From: Cyanophora paradoxa CCMP329 | Lineage: Eukaryota; Plantae; Glaucophyta | Direction: 5' to 3' | DNA length: 64,000 nucleotides | NCBI GenBank assembly: GCA_004431415.1 | Contig: QPMI01000495.1 | Span: 186,001-250,000, forward strand | In this document: in pieces, positions 11,929-26,400 of the stretch | Layout: each line of letters begins with the position of its first letter | Numbering within the stretch: the stretch's first letter is position 1 | Program-made: the position numbers and the translations under genes | Notes under the pieces: generated by a model | Databases searched by the model: none | Told to the model about the DNA's origin: nothing | Seen by the model: the letters and a program-made list of their open reading frames with translations, nothing else

Positions 11929-14900
11929 ATGCGGCGCGCAGTGCGTCTGCGCGATGGTTCGGAAGTGCTGAACATGGCACTCGAGCTCATGGGAGTCGGT
12001 CAATTCGGTGGACGGGCGCTGGCTTCCCGCCGCGGCCGCGCGTTCAAATTCGCCGCAGTCGCGGCCGACCGCGGCCGCACGCGCAGCGCCGCAGCTGCGC
12101 AAGCAGCCGCAGCGCTCGATGCGCCGGTAGCTGCAGTCCGCCTCGAGCTCGCGGCTACGGCCGGCGCCGGCGTTGTTAACGTTGATGCTCTTCAGCTGCA
12201 GCTGCAGCGATCCGAGCCGCGCGCCCTAGCTGTAGGCCTGAACGTGCGCGCTTCAGCGAGCAAGCAGCCGGCGCCGCGCGGACGCGGCCTGCGTAGCGAA
12301 GTGAAGAATTGCGAGGTCCGATGCGGGGTCTCCAGGTCGAGCCTGCAGCTGTTCAGTGCATCGCCAGCTATCCCGCGGCCGCGGCCATCTGTGCACATGG
12401 CTTCGACCACGTTAACATTCAGTTTTCGGCGAGCTGCGTCGTCGATATCGACGCCAGCGGCCGCGGCCGGCGCGGCGTCGGCGGCCGGCGCGGCGTCGGA
12501 GCCTCGTTCACGACACCGATCTAGATCTCCTGCAGCGTCAGCGCCAGCGGAGAAACGAAGCGAGGGGCGGTACGCTCCTCGGCGGGCGTCAGCGGATGGC
12601 GCAGGGCGCAGCAGAGGCGGCCAGAGCGTGCGAAAGGAGCACGCAGGGGAGGATCCGGAGTCGCGCTCGCTGCGGCCGCGGGGGAGGAGCGCGCCGCCCG
12701 CGGGGCTGAGCGAGAGTGCTAGTAGGCGGCCGTCGCCTTTCACAGTCAAAGGACTCTTCCTTCTCAACCGGCCGGAGGAGGCCGTGCAGATGTTCGAGGA
12801 GGCGGTCAGGAGGGGGACGGCGGTGGCGACCCGGCTGACAGACCTGCTCAAGGGCCTGTGCGAGGCCCGGAAAGTGGACGTGGCGCGCAAGTACTTCGAC
12901 CGGGCCTCGTCGCGGGAGCCGGGGTACCCACCGATGGACGAGTTTCTCTACTCGGCAATGGGTATCTTTGACAGTGGGAGTCAACGCCGAAGTTGGGTCC
13001 GCCCCCGCTGAAACGCGCGCCCGCAGTTGATGGCTATCTGGGCGCCTCAAGGTCCGGAGACGCGTGGGAGTTGGTCCAGCGAATGCTGGCCGATTTTGAA
13101 GGGCGCATGAGCACGGCGATGTACAGCGTGGCGGTCTGCGCCTGTCGCGACCTCGCCTCCGACCGATACTGGCAAGTCTTCGTCGGCATCGTCCTCTACA
13201 TTAAATTTTTCCCTCTATCCGCTCGCTCCTAAACGTTTCCATCGATCCCAGCCAGGAGGCACTTCGGTCGAAATGCGTCGCCCTGGCGGAACGGCTCGTC
13301 AACGATGCCCTCCAGAGCAAACGGGCTGCCACCACAGTGATTCAGCCGCTGGTGAGTGCGCGAGTGATCTTGCCTTGCAGCGCTAGCGTTTTCTCAGCTC
13401 GGCGCACAGTTGCAACTATACGCCCACTTCGGCCGTTTCGAAGACGCGAGCACCCTGCTTCGGCGATGCGAAGAGGCCCACATTCCCCTGGATGTTTCTT
13501 GCTTCAGTGTCCTCATCAGCGAGTGCGCGGACCGCCGCGAATGGCATCGCGGAAAAGTCTTCTGGCAACTGCTGCAGCGGTCTAAGCTTCACGTCGGAAT
13601 CATCCCTTGGAGTGTGTCTCTGACGCCGTCGCAATATTTGTCCCGCAATATTCGTCCCGTAGGCGACTCTATATCTGACGCATCTGCCATCTGCAGACTC
13701 GTACCTCAAGCTGTGCCTGTCGTGCCCCAGGGAGTCGATGGACGAGCTCCGATCAAAGCTCATCGAAGCCGGACTGCCAGTCAGTGTGGACGGGGTAGTG
13801 CGGTTGCTGCAGCGGGGCATGCAGAGCGCAGGCATCGAGTTCGACTGCATCTCCTTTTCGACTGTCGTGCGTGAGATTAGTCCAACGGCCGTGGCTTGTC
13901 GTTTGTAACGGTTGGTCCGCTTCGTGGCTTAACTTCAGGTGCACCATTTCGCTGTCACGGGGCAGATGGATCAGGCCACGAAGTGGTTGCAGGCTACGCG
14001 GAAGGCGGGCCAGACGGATTTGGGTACGTACGGCGCGTTCCTGAAGCCAATCGGTTCGTGAGATGCCCAGAACTGTGAAGTGCATGTGAACGTTCACATG
14101 TTTTATAGCTAGTGACGCTTTTGCTGAACGCCTGCCGTAGCGAGAGCAGCCGCGCCGGACTTGGCTATTATACAGCACGCTCTGGACATGATGCGCGCGG
14201 ACGGCCTGGATCCGGAATCCGATCTGCCGTTCGTCTGTCTGCTTATACAGGTGGCCATCTATGTCTACGCGGACGAGTCGTCTAGGGACTCATGATCAGC
14301 ACTCTAACCTTGGCCGTGCGTGCAGGAGTACAGCAGAGCGCGCAGGCACGACAAGGCACAGGGGATTATCGACAGGCTTCTGGAGGCATCCTCGAATGGG
14401 GAGCGGCTGCTCAATCGTCAGACTCTCTCTTCAATCCTGGGTCCGTGTTCGGTACTATAGCTAGTACAGTACTCGGCTCTCCTTTGAGCTTGAAATAAGT
14501 GTCTAATATCGATAGAGCGACAGACTCGTTCGGGTGGCTGGGCGGCCAGGAGGGCGTCAACAAAATTCACGCGCTGCTGCGGGCACTGCGAGACGGAAAG
14601 CACGGCGGGCTGCGCAACCTGAACGCGAACGTCGTCTGCAGCACCGCCGAAGTGCGCCGAGCTCGACTTCGCATTAATGTTGGATCGTATCCACGTCGCG
14701 GCGTTTGACTTGTGCGGCACAGGCGCTCTCGCGGTGCAAAGAGGTCGACATGCCATTCGAGACAGCGCGGGCGCTGCTTGGGGAGCTGGGGCTGCGCGCC
14801 ACGTCCAAGGTGCCCCACATACAAATCGTCGATTCCGCGGCCAAGTTCCGTCTGCTGAAATTCGGTCCCGCTGCAGATTTTAACGACATTGGCGCACGGC

Positions 14901-15247
14901 TACTTCGCCAGCGGCCGCGTTGTTCAGGCCGTGCGTCGCGTGGAAGAGCTACTCGAAGACCCGAAGCTGCGCCCCTCCGAAACTCTTGACGAGAAGTTCT
15001 GGGTTCGCGATCGCCACTCCTTTTAATCCTAGAACTGCAGATTTCAGCAGCCTCTCTAACGCCCTCGATCCAGGATGTGATGTGTGGGCGCGTCGCGAGC
15101 TGGCAGGGGGAAGAAGGCAGCAGAGGCCACAGGGACAAGCTGGAGGCGGCGCGGGTGCTGGCGGCGCTGCTGGATCGACACCCGCACGCGGTCGTGAAGT
15201 ACACAGAGACGATTCGCGCGCTTGCGGCAACTGCAGAGGCGAACTAG
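11929..15247 (+). CDS. Pentatricopeptide repeat (PPR) protein
   Basis: PPR-like helical repeats: LLKGLCEARKVDVARKYFD, LYSAMVDGYLGASRSGDAWELVQRM, LQLYAHFGRFEDASTLLRRCEEAHIPLDVSCFSVLISECAD, MQSAGIEFDCISFSTVVHHFAVTGQMDQA. Start and end approximate. Confidence 0.8.
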
Positions 15248-15439
15248 AGCGCCTTGTATACGTCGTAGCCTAGTGCCTTGCGCCGCGAACCGTCAACAAA
15301 ATACGTAGTCCGTGGCCATCGTTTAAATTAATGCAGTGCCCAGGCTAATCCCTCGAATCCGCACGTACACCCGGGTCATGTGCATGATCATAGCGCAAAT
15401 CACAGCGGATTCACAGCTACTACTAATACTACCACCACG

Positions 15440-15743
15440 CTACGTGTACCCGGACGACCGGGGCCGATCGACGGCGGCCTCCGGGCCGCTGGCCATCGCC
15501 CCCCCGTCTGCGCCGCGCATGAGCGGGGACCGCGGCCGGCCCGCCCCGGGCCCCCGAGCGCGAAACCTGAGAGCGCACCCGAGTACCGGCGGGGGCCCCC
15601 GGCGGGCTCCTCTGGGACCAGGCCGCCCTTCCGCCTGCGCGAACGAAGTGAGAGCCGCCCCGCCCGGATTCGAGCCGGGGGCCTCAAACCTGTCGGGCGG
15701 CACGGAGGGCTGCGACGCGCGCCGGCCGGCGGGCGCCGACGGC

Positions 15744-15779
<36 letters not shown>

Positions 15780-18700
15780 AGGACGTCGCGCACGCCGCCG
15801 TCCTCGCCGGCGCTCGCGCGGGGTCCTCGGAGGGCCGGCGGGAGGCGGCGGCGGAGGGCGGCTCAGTCAGGCCCCCCGGGGGCCCCCGTCCTCGCTGGAG
15901 GGCCGCCGCTCCGCCCCGCCGTCGCCGGCGGCGTCGCCGCCGCTGCCACCGCCGCCGCCGCCGCGCCGGGGCCCGCCCCCGCCCCGCCCCCGACCTTCGC
16001 CCTCGCCTGCCCCGCCCCGCCCGGAGTCACATCTTCCGCGCGGAGGCGGAAGCGGAACCGCGGGGAGCCGAACCTGCGCCTGGATCTTCTGCGTCTGGCC
16101 GGCGACCTTCTTCTGCTCGTAGTAGACGCGGGGGTACCGCGCCGTCTGCTCCAGGAGACCGTTCTCCTTCAGGCAGCGCGTGAAGACCGCCAACGGCATC
16201 TGCGAGAACGTTCCCCTTCAGCGGGGCGTGTGAGCAAGTAAAGCGGCCTCCGCCGGATTCGAACCTGGGTCGTGGCGACGAAGGTCGTGACGAGGCCGCC
16301 GCCGGCCTCCCCCCCGCCGGCCTCGCCGCCCTGCGCGCCAGATCAGGGGGAGAGAAAGGGACGGGCGATCGATCAGTTAGCGCGTCCAGCGCGCGCTAGC
16401 TGTTTGGTCCGGGCGGGGCGGGGCGGGGCGGGGGCGCACGGGGCCGCCGGCGTAGGCGCCGGAGGCGATCATCGCCTCCTTGAACATCCGCACGATCTGA
16501 TCCGAAGGTCAGCCGCGGCGCCGGGGAGGGCGGGGGGGCGGGGCATTCGGGGGTGGGCGGGCCTGGAGGCGGGTGAGGGCGGGGTTGAGGCGGTAGAGGC
16601 AGCGGCCGAACTCGTTGAGGAAGAGGCCGCCGCGGCCCTCCGCGTCCGCCTCGAAGAAGAGCGCTTCCGCCTGCCTGCGCCCCCCGCTCGGCCCTGCCCG
16701 AAGAGGCCCCGCCCGGCGGGCCAGCCAGGATCTAGGACGGGGCGGGGAGGGGCGGGGCGGGGCGGACGCGTCGACGTCGCCGTCGGGGAGGCGGAGGTCG
16801 GCGAGGACCCACTCCACGAGCACCGCGTTCAGGTCCACCCGCTGCACCTCCCGCCTGCCGGGGGCGAGAGAGAACCTCAGCGGAGATCGGCGGGGATTAG
16901 GGGGGCGGGGCAGGGGCGGCGCGCCCGCCGTCGGTGGCCTTGACGGTCCTCGCGCGGACGGCCGCCGCGAGGTTCGCCAGCCACGCCTCCGCCGCGTGCT
17001 CGCCCCCGCCCGAGGCAGCCGCAGCGGCCGGCGCGACCGCCCCCACCGGGGCACCGCCGCCGGCGCCGGGGGGGCCGGAGAGGGCCGGCGGGAGCGGGGA
17101 GGGGGCCTGCGAGGCAGCGGCCCCGGGGCCCCCGGGGGGCGGGTCGAAGATCAGGTGCCGCGCCGCGTCCACGACCCGCGGGGCCGAGACCTGCCAAGGC
17201 GAGCTGAGGGGGGGAGATGCCGCGAGGGGGGGAGGGGTAGGGGCAGGGGGGTACCCAGTGCCGCCCGTCCTTCTCCGGGGCGCTGTCCTTCAGCGGCTGG
17301 CCCGCCGCGCTGCGGGGGGCAGAATTGAGGGAGGGAAGAAGATGGAAGAGGGGGGTACAGAGGGGAACGAATGAAGGAACCTCCGGGATACCGCATCGTA
17401 GAACGCGAGGTACACGTCGAGAGCCTCCGTCGAGAGGGACGCCGTGGGGTGAACCTGGAGAGGGGTACGGGTTCGGGGACCCGGGGCGAAGAGAGGAAGG
17501 GTGCCCACGCGCCTGCATGAATCGCGCCATCGTATCCCTGCGGACGGAGGGGGTAAGGATGGCTTCCGGGGGGTAACAGCGGGGAGGGGTACAGGAAAAG
17601 GAGCGCACGCGATGGTGGACTTGTCCTGGTGGTACACCACTGACGCGAAGAACGAGGAGAGGTGCTGGGGGGGGGAAGCTCGAGGGGGGTACGGTGATTC
17701 GGAACAGGGGTACGGGGCCGGACCTGCTCTGCGAGGGCGCGGAGGCCGAACTTGGCGAGGAAGTACTCCATCAGGAAGGCGGTCCTGGGGAGTACGGGAT
17801 CGGAAAGCGCAAGGGGTACGTGATCGAGGGGCGGACATGGGTAGGTGGGAGGAGCGGCCTTTCGCGTCCTCGTTGCGGTCCGCCTCGAGCTGAGGTGCGG
17901 GTGAGGATCTCAAGGGGGGTACGGCGAAAAGAAGGGGGTGGCGGACCTTCTCGAAATAGATGTCGCCGATGAGGGCCGCGAGCTTCTTCATTCGCATCGG
18001 CTTGCCCCGCACGACGGCAGCGTTCAAACCCGCCTGTACCCCCGAACGTCAGCTCGAACGAAGTGCGTGTGCGCGATTCTCGGGAGGGGTACGCGCCTTC
18101 TTCAGCCACCCGAGGAACGACATGTGCGCGCGCTGTCCGAGCTGGAGGAAAACTCAAGTCAGGCCCCTGGGGGGCTTGCGGCGGGGGGTACGCCCACCTG
18201 CGGGGCCTCGCCGGTGATGACGCGGGGCGGCTTGGGCCCCCGGTCCCTCCTCCTGGTCGTGCGCTTCCGGGCCCGCGGCCCCGCCTCCGCCTCCTCCTCC
18301 TCCTCCTCCTCCTCCACCGGCTCCACTGCGCGGTGGGGGTACATGGACACGTCGGCGGGAAGGAGGGGAGGGGGGTACGCGGGCGCACGCTCGTCCTCGT
18401 CGCCCTCGCCCTCGCCCTCCGCCTCCGGCTCGTGGTCGTCCTCCATCCCCGCCGCCGCCTGCGGCGAAAGCATTCGATCGCGGGGGTACACGTGCAGGGC
18501 GGAGGGGGGGGGGGGCGGACCTGGAGCTCCTCGGCGCTGGCGGCGATGACGTTGGCCTCCATCGTGCCCTCCCAGCTCCCGAAGCCCTGCCCCGCCTCAG
18601 AGATGAAGAGGAAGGGAAAAGATAGGAAGGGATGGGCGCACGGAGCCCTCGATGTGGACGGCGAAGACGGACCAGTCGGTCTGCGTGGTCGCGCAGGGGG

Positions 18701-21700
18701 CCCCCTCCGCCTCCCGCGCCCCCGCCCCCGCCCCGCCCGCCGTCTGCGTCCCCTTCGAGTACTCTGCGCCCCGCCCGCCCCGTCGGCCGCGCCGAGAACG
18801 GGGCGGCGGGGCCCGCTCGCACCGGCGGCGTGGGCGGCGGCGGCCTCGGCGCGGCGCTCGGGGTCGCGCTCCCACGCCAGCGCCGCCTCCAGCTCCGCCA
18901 CCCGCCCCTGCGGGGCGAGGGGTCGGCCGGGGCGGGGCGGGGACGGGGGCGGGGAGCCCGCTTCGCAGCCTCCGCTCTGTTTTGCTGGGCGGGCGGGCGG
19001 GGCGGGCGGGCACCTGGAGCTCGTCGGCCTCGGCGCGGGCGGCGACGGCGGCTTCCATCTCGGCGCCGCCCCACTCCGTCTGCGCCTCCCCGTCCTCCGC
19101 GTTCGCCCTGCCGCAGCCCTCGCTTGGCTCGGGGCGGGGCCGGGCGGCGGGGAGAGCGCGGACGGGCGCTTGGAGCCGCGGCGGGCGAGGGCGTCGCCGA
19201 TCTGCACGTGCACCTCCTCCAGCTTCTGCACCCGGTCCTCCAGCTGCGCCCCGGCGTGAGGGGCGGGGGCAGAGGAGGGGCGGGGCGGGGCGGGGCGGGG
19301 CGGGGCGCGGACGGAGGCGGCGATGCGGGGCACGCGCTCCTTGGGGACGTCCGGCCGCTCCGCCAGCTGCCCGCCCCCGCCCCGCCGCCCCCGTCAGCCG
19401 GGCCCCCGCGCGATCCCCGCGGGGCGCGCGGGGCCCCCGCACCTGCTGCACCGCCTCCATCTCGTCCTCCATGCCCAGCTGGGGGGGGGGGCGGAGGGTG
19501 AGGGGGGGTACACGGTCTGATGCGTGGGGAGGCGGGTGGGGGTACCAGCGTCTCGGAGACCTTCTCCATGAGCGTCGAGCGCCGCCGCTGCGGGGGCGGG
19601 GTACACTCAGCCCCCCGCTCCCCCACTCCACCCGAGCGTCCTCTACCCCCTGTACCCCCCCCCCTCCCCCCCCGCCGGGCGCGCCTGCCAGATGGCGGGG
19701 AGGGTGAGGCTGGCGTTCTCCGTCGGCTCCTCGTCCAGCTCCGCCGCCGCCTGCCGCCCCGCAAAGTAAGCCGGGGCCGTGGAGAGAAGGGGGCGGGGGG
19801 GCGGGCCTGGGAGCCTCGGCTGGTGGGGCGGCTCTCGCCGAGCGCCTGCTCGGCCTCCTCCTGGCTCTCGTAGACCCCCGTCGCCACCAGGCTCTGCAGG
19901 GGAGAGCCCGTCGCCGAGGGAGGGGGGGAGGAGAGGGGGGGTGGGGATCACCTGGGCGGAGGCCCACTTGCGGTACGCCGAGGTCGACCGCTGCAGCCGG
20001 ACGTACTTGTCCAGGCCCTGCGCGCCGCGCCGCGCCGCGTCAGGCGTCCCGCGCCGGGCGGAGGGAAGGGGGGGAGGGAGGGACGGGGGGTACCGGGATG
20101 AGCTCGAGGCCGGTCTGGGCCTCTGCGTCCCGGCGCCAGGCCGCCGCGAGGTCCGCTGCGGTGCGGCCGAAAGCAACCGGAGGAGGGGCGGGGTGAGCGC
20201 GTGGGCAGCGGCGGCGCCGACGCGCTTGGTCGTCGCGGGGTCGGGCCGGGGCGCACGCGTGACCTCGGTCTCGGTTTCGAGGGTCACGGCGGGGGCGCGG
20301 AAGCCGGCGAGGCGCTGGACGAGGCCCTGCGGGGAGACGGGGGCGTCAGGGAAGGGTCTTCAAGAGGTCTCTGATGGGGGCGGGGCGGGGCGCGCCTCGC
20401 GGTCCCCGCCGGCGTCCTTGAGCTGCGCCATCAGCTGCTCCATGTTCTTCTCCTGCGCCGCGGCATCAGCCCCCCCGCCCGCGTCGCCCTGGGGGGCACG
20501 GGGCCGGCCGCACGAGGTCGGCGATCTCGGCGAGGAGCTTCGCGATCTCCTCGTCGCGCTCCGCCAGCTGCGGGGTACGCGAATCAAATCGGGTTCAGGT
20601 GGGTCCGGGCCGCCGGGGCGCCGGGTCGGGTCGGGTCGCACCAGGTCCCTCTGCACGAAGGAGTCCAGGTCGGGCTCCGTGTCGGGGGCCCCGCCGGGGG
20701 GGCCCGCCGCCGGCGCCGGGGCGGGCGCCTCGCCCTCGGCGGGGGCGGCGGGGCCGGCGCCGAGGGGCCTTCCCCTGCGCGCCCCCTCAGACGAGCGCCA
20801 GCTCCGGTGCGAGCTCTAGACAGGCGGGGCGGGGCGGGGCGGGCCTGCTCGAGGGCGCGCTGGTCGGCGGCGGCGCGCTGGCGGGCGGCCCGGAGGCGCG
20901 CCTCCGCCGGCTGCTTCTCCTTCAGCCGCACCGCCATCTATCCAAGCGGTGAGGGGGCAGCAACAACAAGGGGCGGGGCGGGGGGCGTACCTCCCGCCGC
21001 AACACCTCGGCGCGCTCCTCGGCGACGGCGAGGCGCAGCATCTCCATCTCCTTCGCGTACTGCAGCGCCGCCGACGCCTTCTCCTCCACCTGCACGCGGC
21101 GTCGGCAGGGCGGGGCGCCCGGCCCCGGCGCGCGCGCGGGCCTGGAGGGCGAGCTTCTGGATGAGGAGCTTCCGGTCCTCCAGCTCGGCCTTCAGGCGCG
21201 TCCCCTCCGCCACCCGCAGCCGCACCTCCTGCGCCCCCGCCGTGAGCCCGGCCGGCCCCCGGAGGACGGGAAGGGAAGGGACGGGGGCGCGCGCGCCTGC
21301 TCGAGCTCGGCGGTGCGGGCCTGGAGCCGGGCGAGCTCGGCGTCCGCGTGCAGCGACGAGGGCGGCTTCGCCACCGCCAGCGACACGCTGCGGGGGGTAC
21401 GGGGTCAGCGGGGGTGGGGCAGGCGTCACGGCAGGGGGGGCGGCCCGCCTCCGCTTGCGGTTGGGTATGCTCCCGCGCTTGCCGGCGGCGCCGGCGGCGG
21501 ACGGGGGCGGGCCGGGGGAGGGCGGGGACCCCAGGGCCGGCCCGAAGCGCCCCAGCGCGGCCGCCAGCAGCGCCCGGTACCGCCGCGCGACCTGGGGGGT
21601 AGAGGATTGTCGGTACCCTTTTCAAACGACGAGGGGGGAGGGGTCGGCGCAGGGCGGCGGGGGGCGCACCCACTGAAGGAAGCGGCCCCTTTCGGCGCAG

Positions 21701-23153
21701 TGGACGGACTCCTGCCGCACGACCTCGTGCAGGGCGATCTGGGTCGAGTCCGGCCGGGGTCATTCATTCCCCGGTCGGGCTTCGAGGCGGGCTCGCGCCG
21801 GACCTCGAGCAGTCGGGCCTCCTCCGCCACTGACTCCGGATCCCGGGCGGGGGGTACCGCTCCGGGGGGCGGGGAGGCCGTGAGGAAGCCTGGCGCCGGT
21901 CGGAGGGCGATCAGGCGGGGCGGGGCGGAGGGGTACAGGGGTACAGGGGTACGGGCAGGGAGGGGGGGCACCATTCTCTCGGAGTACGCGCTCCGTCCAC
22001 TCGGCGAGCTGCAAAGGGGGGATGGCGGGGGGTGAGAGGGGGCGCGGGAATGATGGGGGGGGGGTACGGCGCGCAAGCTCGACGTCGCGGCGCGAGGCGG
22101 GTACGCGGGCGGGGAAGATGTTCGTGTGCTTCGGAAGGCACGTGAGGCGGGTCGGGTAGATGGGATAAGGCAGAGGGGGCGTACCCATTGGCCATCGGTC
22201 GGGTCGTATTCCGTGTTCGGGGCCAGCTCGGGGTCCGTGGGGGGTACGCTGCTTTTGACGACCACGTGGAAGTGCTCCGGGACCATTGTGGGGGGTACCG
22301 CGAATTCGGCAAACTCGGTGGGCTGGGGGGAGGGATCGGAGGCGAGGAGGGTAGCGAGGGCGCGGCCGCGGGGGGGAGAGACGGTGGTTGACTTTGCCGG
22401 AGCAGATTGGGGCATGTTGTGGGGGGCGGAGGGGGGCGGAGGGGAGTGGGAGGGTACAGGGCGATGGTTGCGGGAGGGTACGGCCGCCGATGCGGGGGCG
22501 GAGGCGGGGACGAGGGGGTCGAGGAGGGCCTGGACGTGGGGTAGGGGCTGCGCGAGGCGCGCGGGGGCGTTGAGGGTGGAGATGGGGCGCGGGAGGCGGC
22601 GGATTCCTGCGTGGGGGTCGGGCGAGGCCCGCCGCCTGGGGCCGTGCGCCGTCGAGGCGGGCGGCTGCTCGTCGCCCGCCCGCGGAGGGGGCGCCGCGGC
22701 CTGCGCGGGCGCGGGGGGCGGCCCGGCGGGGGGGAGGGTGCGGGCCCAGGGGTCGTCGGAGGCGGCGGTGCGGGGGATGGGGGGCACGACGGTCCAGCTG
22801 GAGGGCCACACGAAGTTCTCCGCCGTCGACACCTTCAGGAGCTTGGGCGGGAGCCGCTCGAAGGGCGAGGCCGCGCCCGCCGCGGGGCGAGCGTGCAGCG
22901 TCCCTTCCGAGCGCGTGCCGGCGAGGCCACGGCGGTCCTCGGCCGGCGGCGCGGGCGGCGGGTCGGGCACGTTCACGGGGAGGATCGCAAGCGAGTCCTC
23001 GCGGCCTGCCGCGGCCGTGCGCCTCATTCGCGCGAAGAGTATCAGATCTAGAGATAGCCTCGAGCACGCACCGTGCACTGGAGCGGCATTCTTCCAGCGG
23101 GACCCCGCCGCCGGCGCTGGGGCCGCGGCAGGACCGCCGTCGACGTGCACCAT
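15440..23153 (-). CDS. Large coiled-coil protein with axonemal dynein light chain (p28/AXDND1-like) domain and C-terminal TSNAXIP1-like region; likely flagellar
   Basis: PASRRDVELLAEWTERVLRE...IALHEVVRQESVHCAERGRFL resembles the Ax_dynein_light motif. Coiled-coil exons at 19-21.4 kb. KKLAALIGDIYFEK/LEADRNED...FLMEYFLAKFGLRALAEQ/HLSSFFASV region. The start may lie as far up as 23282. Confidence 0.65.
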
Positions 23154-23414
23154 CGCAGGGGCGCTCCCCGCTGAGGGAAGCTAGCTGATGTGCCTGTGCA
23201 GCTTGAATCAAGAGCGCCTCCCGACTCCGCAAGCTCAGAGTCCACGCGACGTCGATCCTCTCAACGCCGCGGGTCTACTCATAGGAGGTGTGCAGGATGC
23301 GCTGCAGTTTCTATGGAGCGTTCGCTGCAGCCGTGGCGTGCGACGGGGCCCGTAGCTAAGTAGCTAGGTTTGGCAAGTTTGGGGGGAGCGTTTCGAAACG
23401 GGGTACAGCAAAGA

Positions 23415-26400
23415 ATGTTGGGGGCTGCTCGCCGGGCGTTCGCGGCCGCGGCCCGCTCGGCGGGAGGGGCTTCGTTCGGAAGGCATGCGAACCCGCGCAG
23501 CAGCGCCCCAGGCGTGCCGCCGCGTCGGACTTTCCGGTCCAGCGGCTCCAGGCAGGAGAAGCAGCGCAGCGACGGCGGCAGCGGCAACCAGGAGGGCTGG
23601 CGGGAGGCCAGCGAGGAGGCCGCCGAGACGGGCAACAAGGCGAGCCGCCCGAACGCCGGAACGTAACGCCCGGTCGGCTGACGCCTCCGGAACGCCCCGC
23701 AGGCGATGAAAGTCATTGTACGTCGTCGTTCGGCGCCGGGCCATCCGCGTTTGCGCCAGGGCGGCGCCCGAGCCGCCCGCGCCGCCGCCGCTGAGGCGCC
23801 GTCGGCCGCAGACCGCCGGACTCCTGGCGCCGCTGGCACTTTACGTACCGTACGCTCTCGCCGCCGACATCTTCCAGGCACGCCGCGCCCAGAGTTTGCG
23901 GCCGGCCGGCCCGCCGAGTCCGAAGCGGGCGCTCGCAGGTGGACTTTTGCCTCGCGGAGCTCCTAAAGCAGAAGGAGCTCGACACTCCGGACGACTTCTA
24001 CGGCCGCGAAGGCGCGCCGGCCGCCCGGCTCGGGGGCGCGCCCGTCTCCGCGCGGGGCTCACGGCGGCCGCAGAGGAGATGCGCATGATGCGCGCGCTGT
24101 TCAACGAGCGGCCGGACCGCATCTGCATCCTCACCGGCCCCAGCGACTCCGGCAAGTCCTCCCTCATGAACCGCGTCCTCTCCGGCCGCCGCCTCCTCGT
24201 CAAGGTGCCGCCCCGTTCCCCCCGAACGCCTCACCCCCAAACCCATGGGTACTCAGATGGACCTCCGCGAGCACTCCGTGCACACCGTCAACGACGTGAG
24301 CGTACCGCCGCCCCGCCCCGCCCCCCTCCAGCCCGGGGTACCCGCGTCCGAGATCTCACGAGGGGTACAGTTCGTTCGCTACTTCGTGAACTGCATTCGC
24401 GCCGAGTTCATTCGCGTCCGCACGTGGCTCGTCGACCTGCTACCCGTCTACGGCGGTACGGCGCGCCCGTACCCCGCTCCGATTGCCACCGACGGGGTAC
24501 CGCACGAACTGGGGTACAGCCGAGAACTGGGAGATGAAGTACCGCCTGAAGGTCTACGACCTCGAGCAGGCCCTCAAGTGCCTCACCGGTATCCCCCACT
24601 CGACCCCCCCCCCCTTCCGAACGCTCCGCCCGCGCCCGTCTCCGACAATTCGGTACCCCGCAGCGGCGCTCGTGAAGGGCCGCAAGCAGCACCCGAACGA
24701 GGCGAGCCCTTCCCTCCGCCAGACACGTACCCCCCTGACCCCGCGGCGTACCCCAGGTGCCGGTGATCTTCATTGACGAGTTCGGCTCGCTGCTCGACCT
24801 CGCGGACAGCAGCGAGGGCAAGCAGCTCGTCCAGGTGCCCCCGGGGGGGTACGGCGTTCGCCCTCCTCTCCGGGGTACTGAGTTCGATCGCTCCGGGTGC
24901 AGGCCATCCTCACGTGGGCCGTCCACGTGACCAAGGAGCTCCAGGTACCCCCTATCCCGCTCTCCTCCCCCCGTTCCTTTCCTCACGTACCCCCCAACAG
25001 CTCACCCACGTAGTCCTCGGCTCATCTGACTCGTTCATTCTCGAGAAGCTCAACGACTGCGCGTACCCCGTCCCGTTCCCAACCCCGGCCTCTCTGAATC
25101 CTGTCCCCCCGCAGTCAAGGGCCTGAACGGCCGGCTCCGGTACCTGAAGGTAGACTCGCATCCCCCGTCGCCTTCCCCCCCTCTTTCCCCTCTCATTCTC
25201 TAATCCGGCACCCCCCCTCAGGTCGGCGACCTAACGGCCGACGCGGCGCGCGATTTCCTCGCGCGGAGCCTGTCGGGCGTTCCCGGTACCCCGCTCCATC
25301 TCCTCTCCCCCGCTCCCGTTTTCACATCCTCCTCCAGGCGTGACGGAGTCGCACGTGGACCGGATCGTGGGGACAGTCGGCGGGCGGCTCCTCGACCTGC
25401 GCTCCACCGTCGCCGAGGTGCGTACCCCGGCGCCCCTCCCTCCCCCCCCTCATCTGATCCGAGTTCTCCTCCTCGGGCCCCCAGGTGAAGGCGAAGGGCG
25501 CCGGGGCGCTGGACGGTGCGAGGCTCCCCCCCGCGCCGCGCGCGCCCTCCCGTAGCCCGCCATCTGCCCCGCGATCCCGCCGCCGCCCCCCGCTAAGGCG
25601 TGAGCTCGCTCGCCTTGTCCCTTCGTCCCGCAGAGATCCTGGACAGCATCTTCTGCGCGCAGCGCAACCGCATCCTCGTCGCCCTCGCCGCCAAGGCGCG
25701 TGCCCCCGCCCCCGCCCCCGCCCCCGCCCCGCCTGACCTCCGTTCGGCACACGCAGGCGGTCGGGCCCTCGCCCGTCGCCGCCCCGGAGGACGACGACGG
25801 CGACGACGGCGACGACGACGATGACGACGACGGTTCGCGCTCCGCACGCGAGAGAAAGCCGTCGTCGGAAGTCCGCCGCGCCCGACGCCCCAGCAGACGA
25901 CGGCGACGACGACGACGACGACGGGGAGGAGGCAGCAAAGGTCGCTTGGGGAGAGGGGGGGCCACGCTGGGTCGGTCGCCGGGGCGCTGAGCCGGGGGGC
26001 CGCGCGCGCAGCCGGCGGGGCGGGCGTGGACGCCGGCGCAGCTGTGGGACTCGATGAAGGCGAGCGCGCGAGCGCGCGAGCGAGCGCGAGGGCGGACGTC
26101 GGAAGCTGAAGCTGCCCGCCTCGCCCCGGGGCGCGCAGGCGGTGGCGGAGAGCGAGCACGGCTACGTGCAGTACCACACCCTCAAGATGGAGGTGCGCCC
26201 CTCGCCGGCCGCCCCTCCCCCACAGGCCCCCGCTTCCCTCCCTCCGGGGCGGAGGGGGGCGGGCCGCCCGCCCCCTCCGCCCTCTGAGGCCTCCCCCCCG
26301 CAGGTGTTCGAGGGGGACGACGCGGCGCTGAAGGCGCTGGTGGGGGCGGACATCCTCGGCTTCCGCGCCGGGCGCTCCCCGGACCTCGTCGCCGCCACCA

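Noticed and set aside
16240-16300. GGTTCGAATCC B-box/T-loop-like motif on the minus strand (tRNA?)
   Set aside because: No cloverleaf; it coincides with a CAG|GTTCGA splice donor in the coiled-coil gene.
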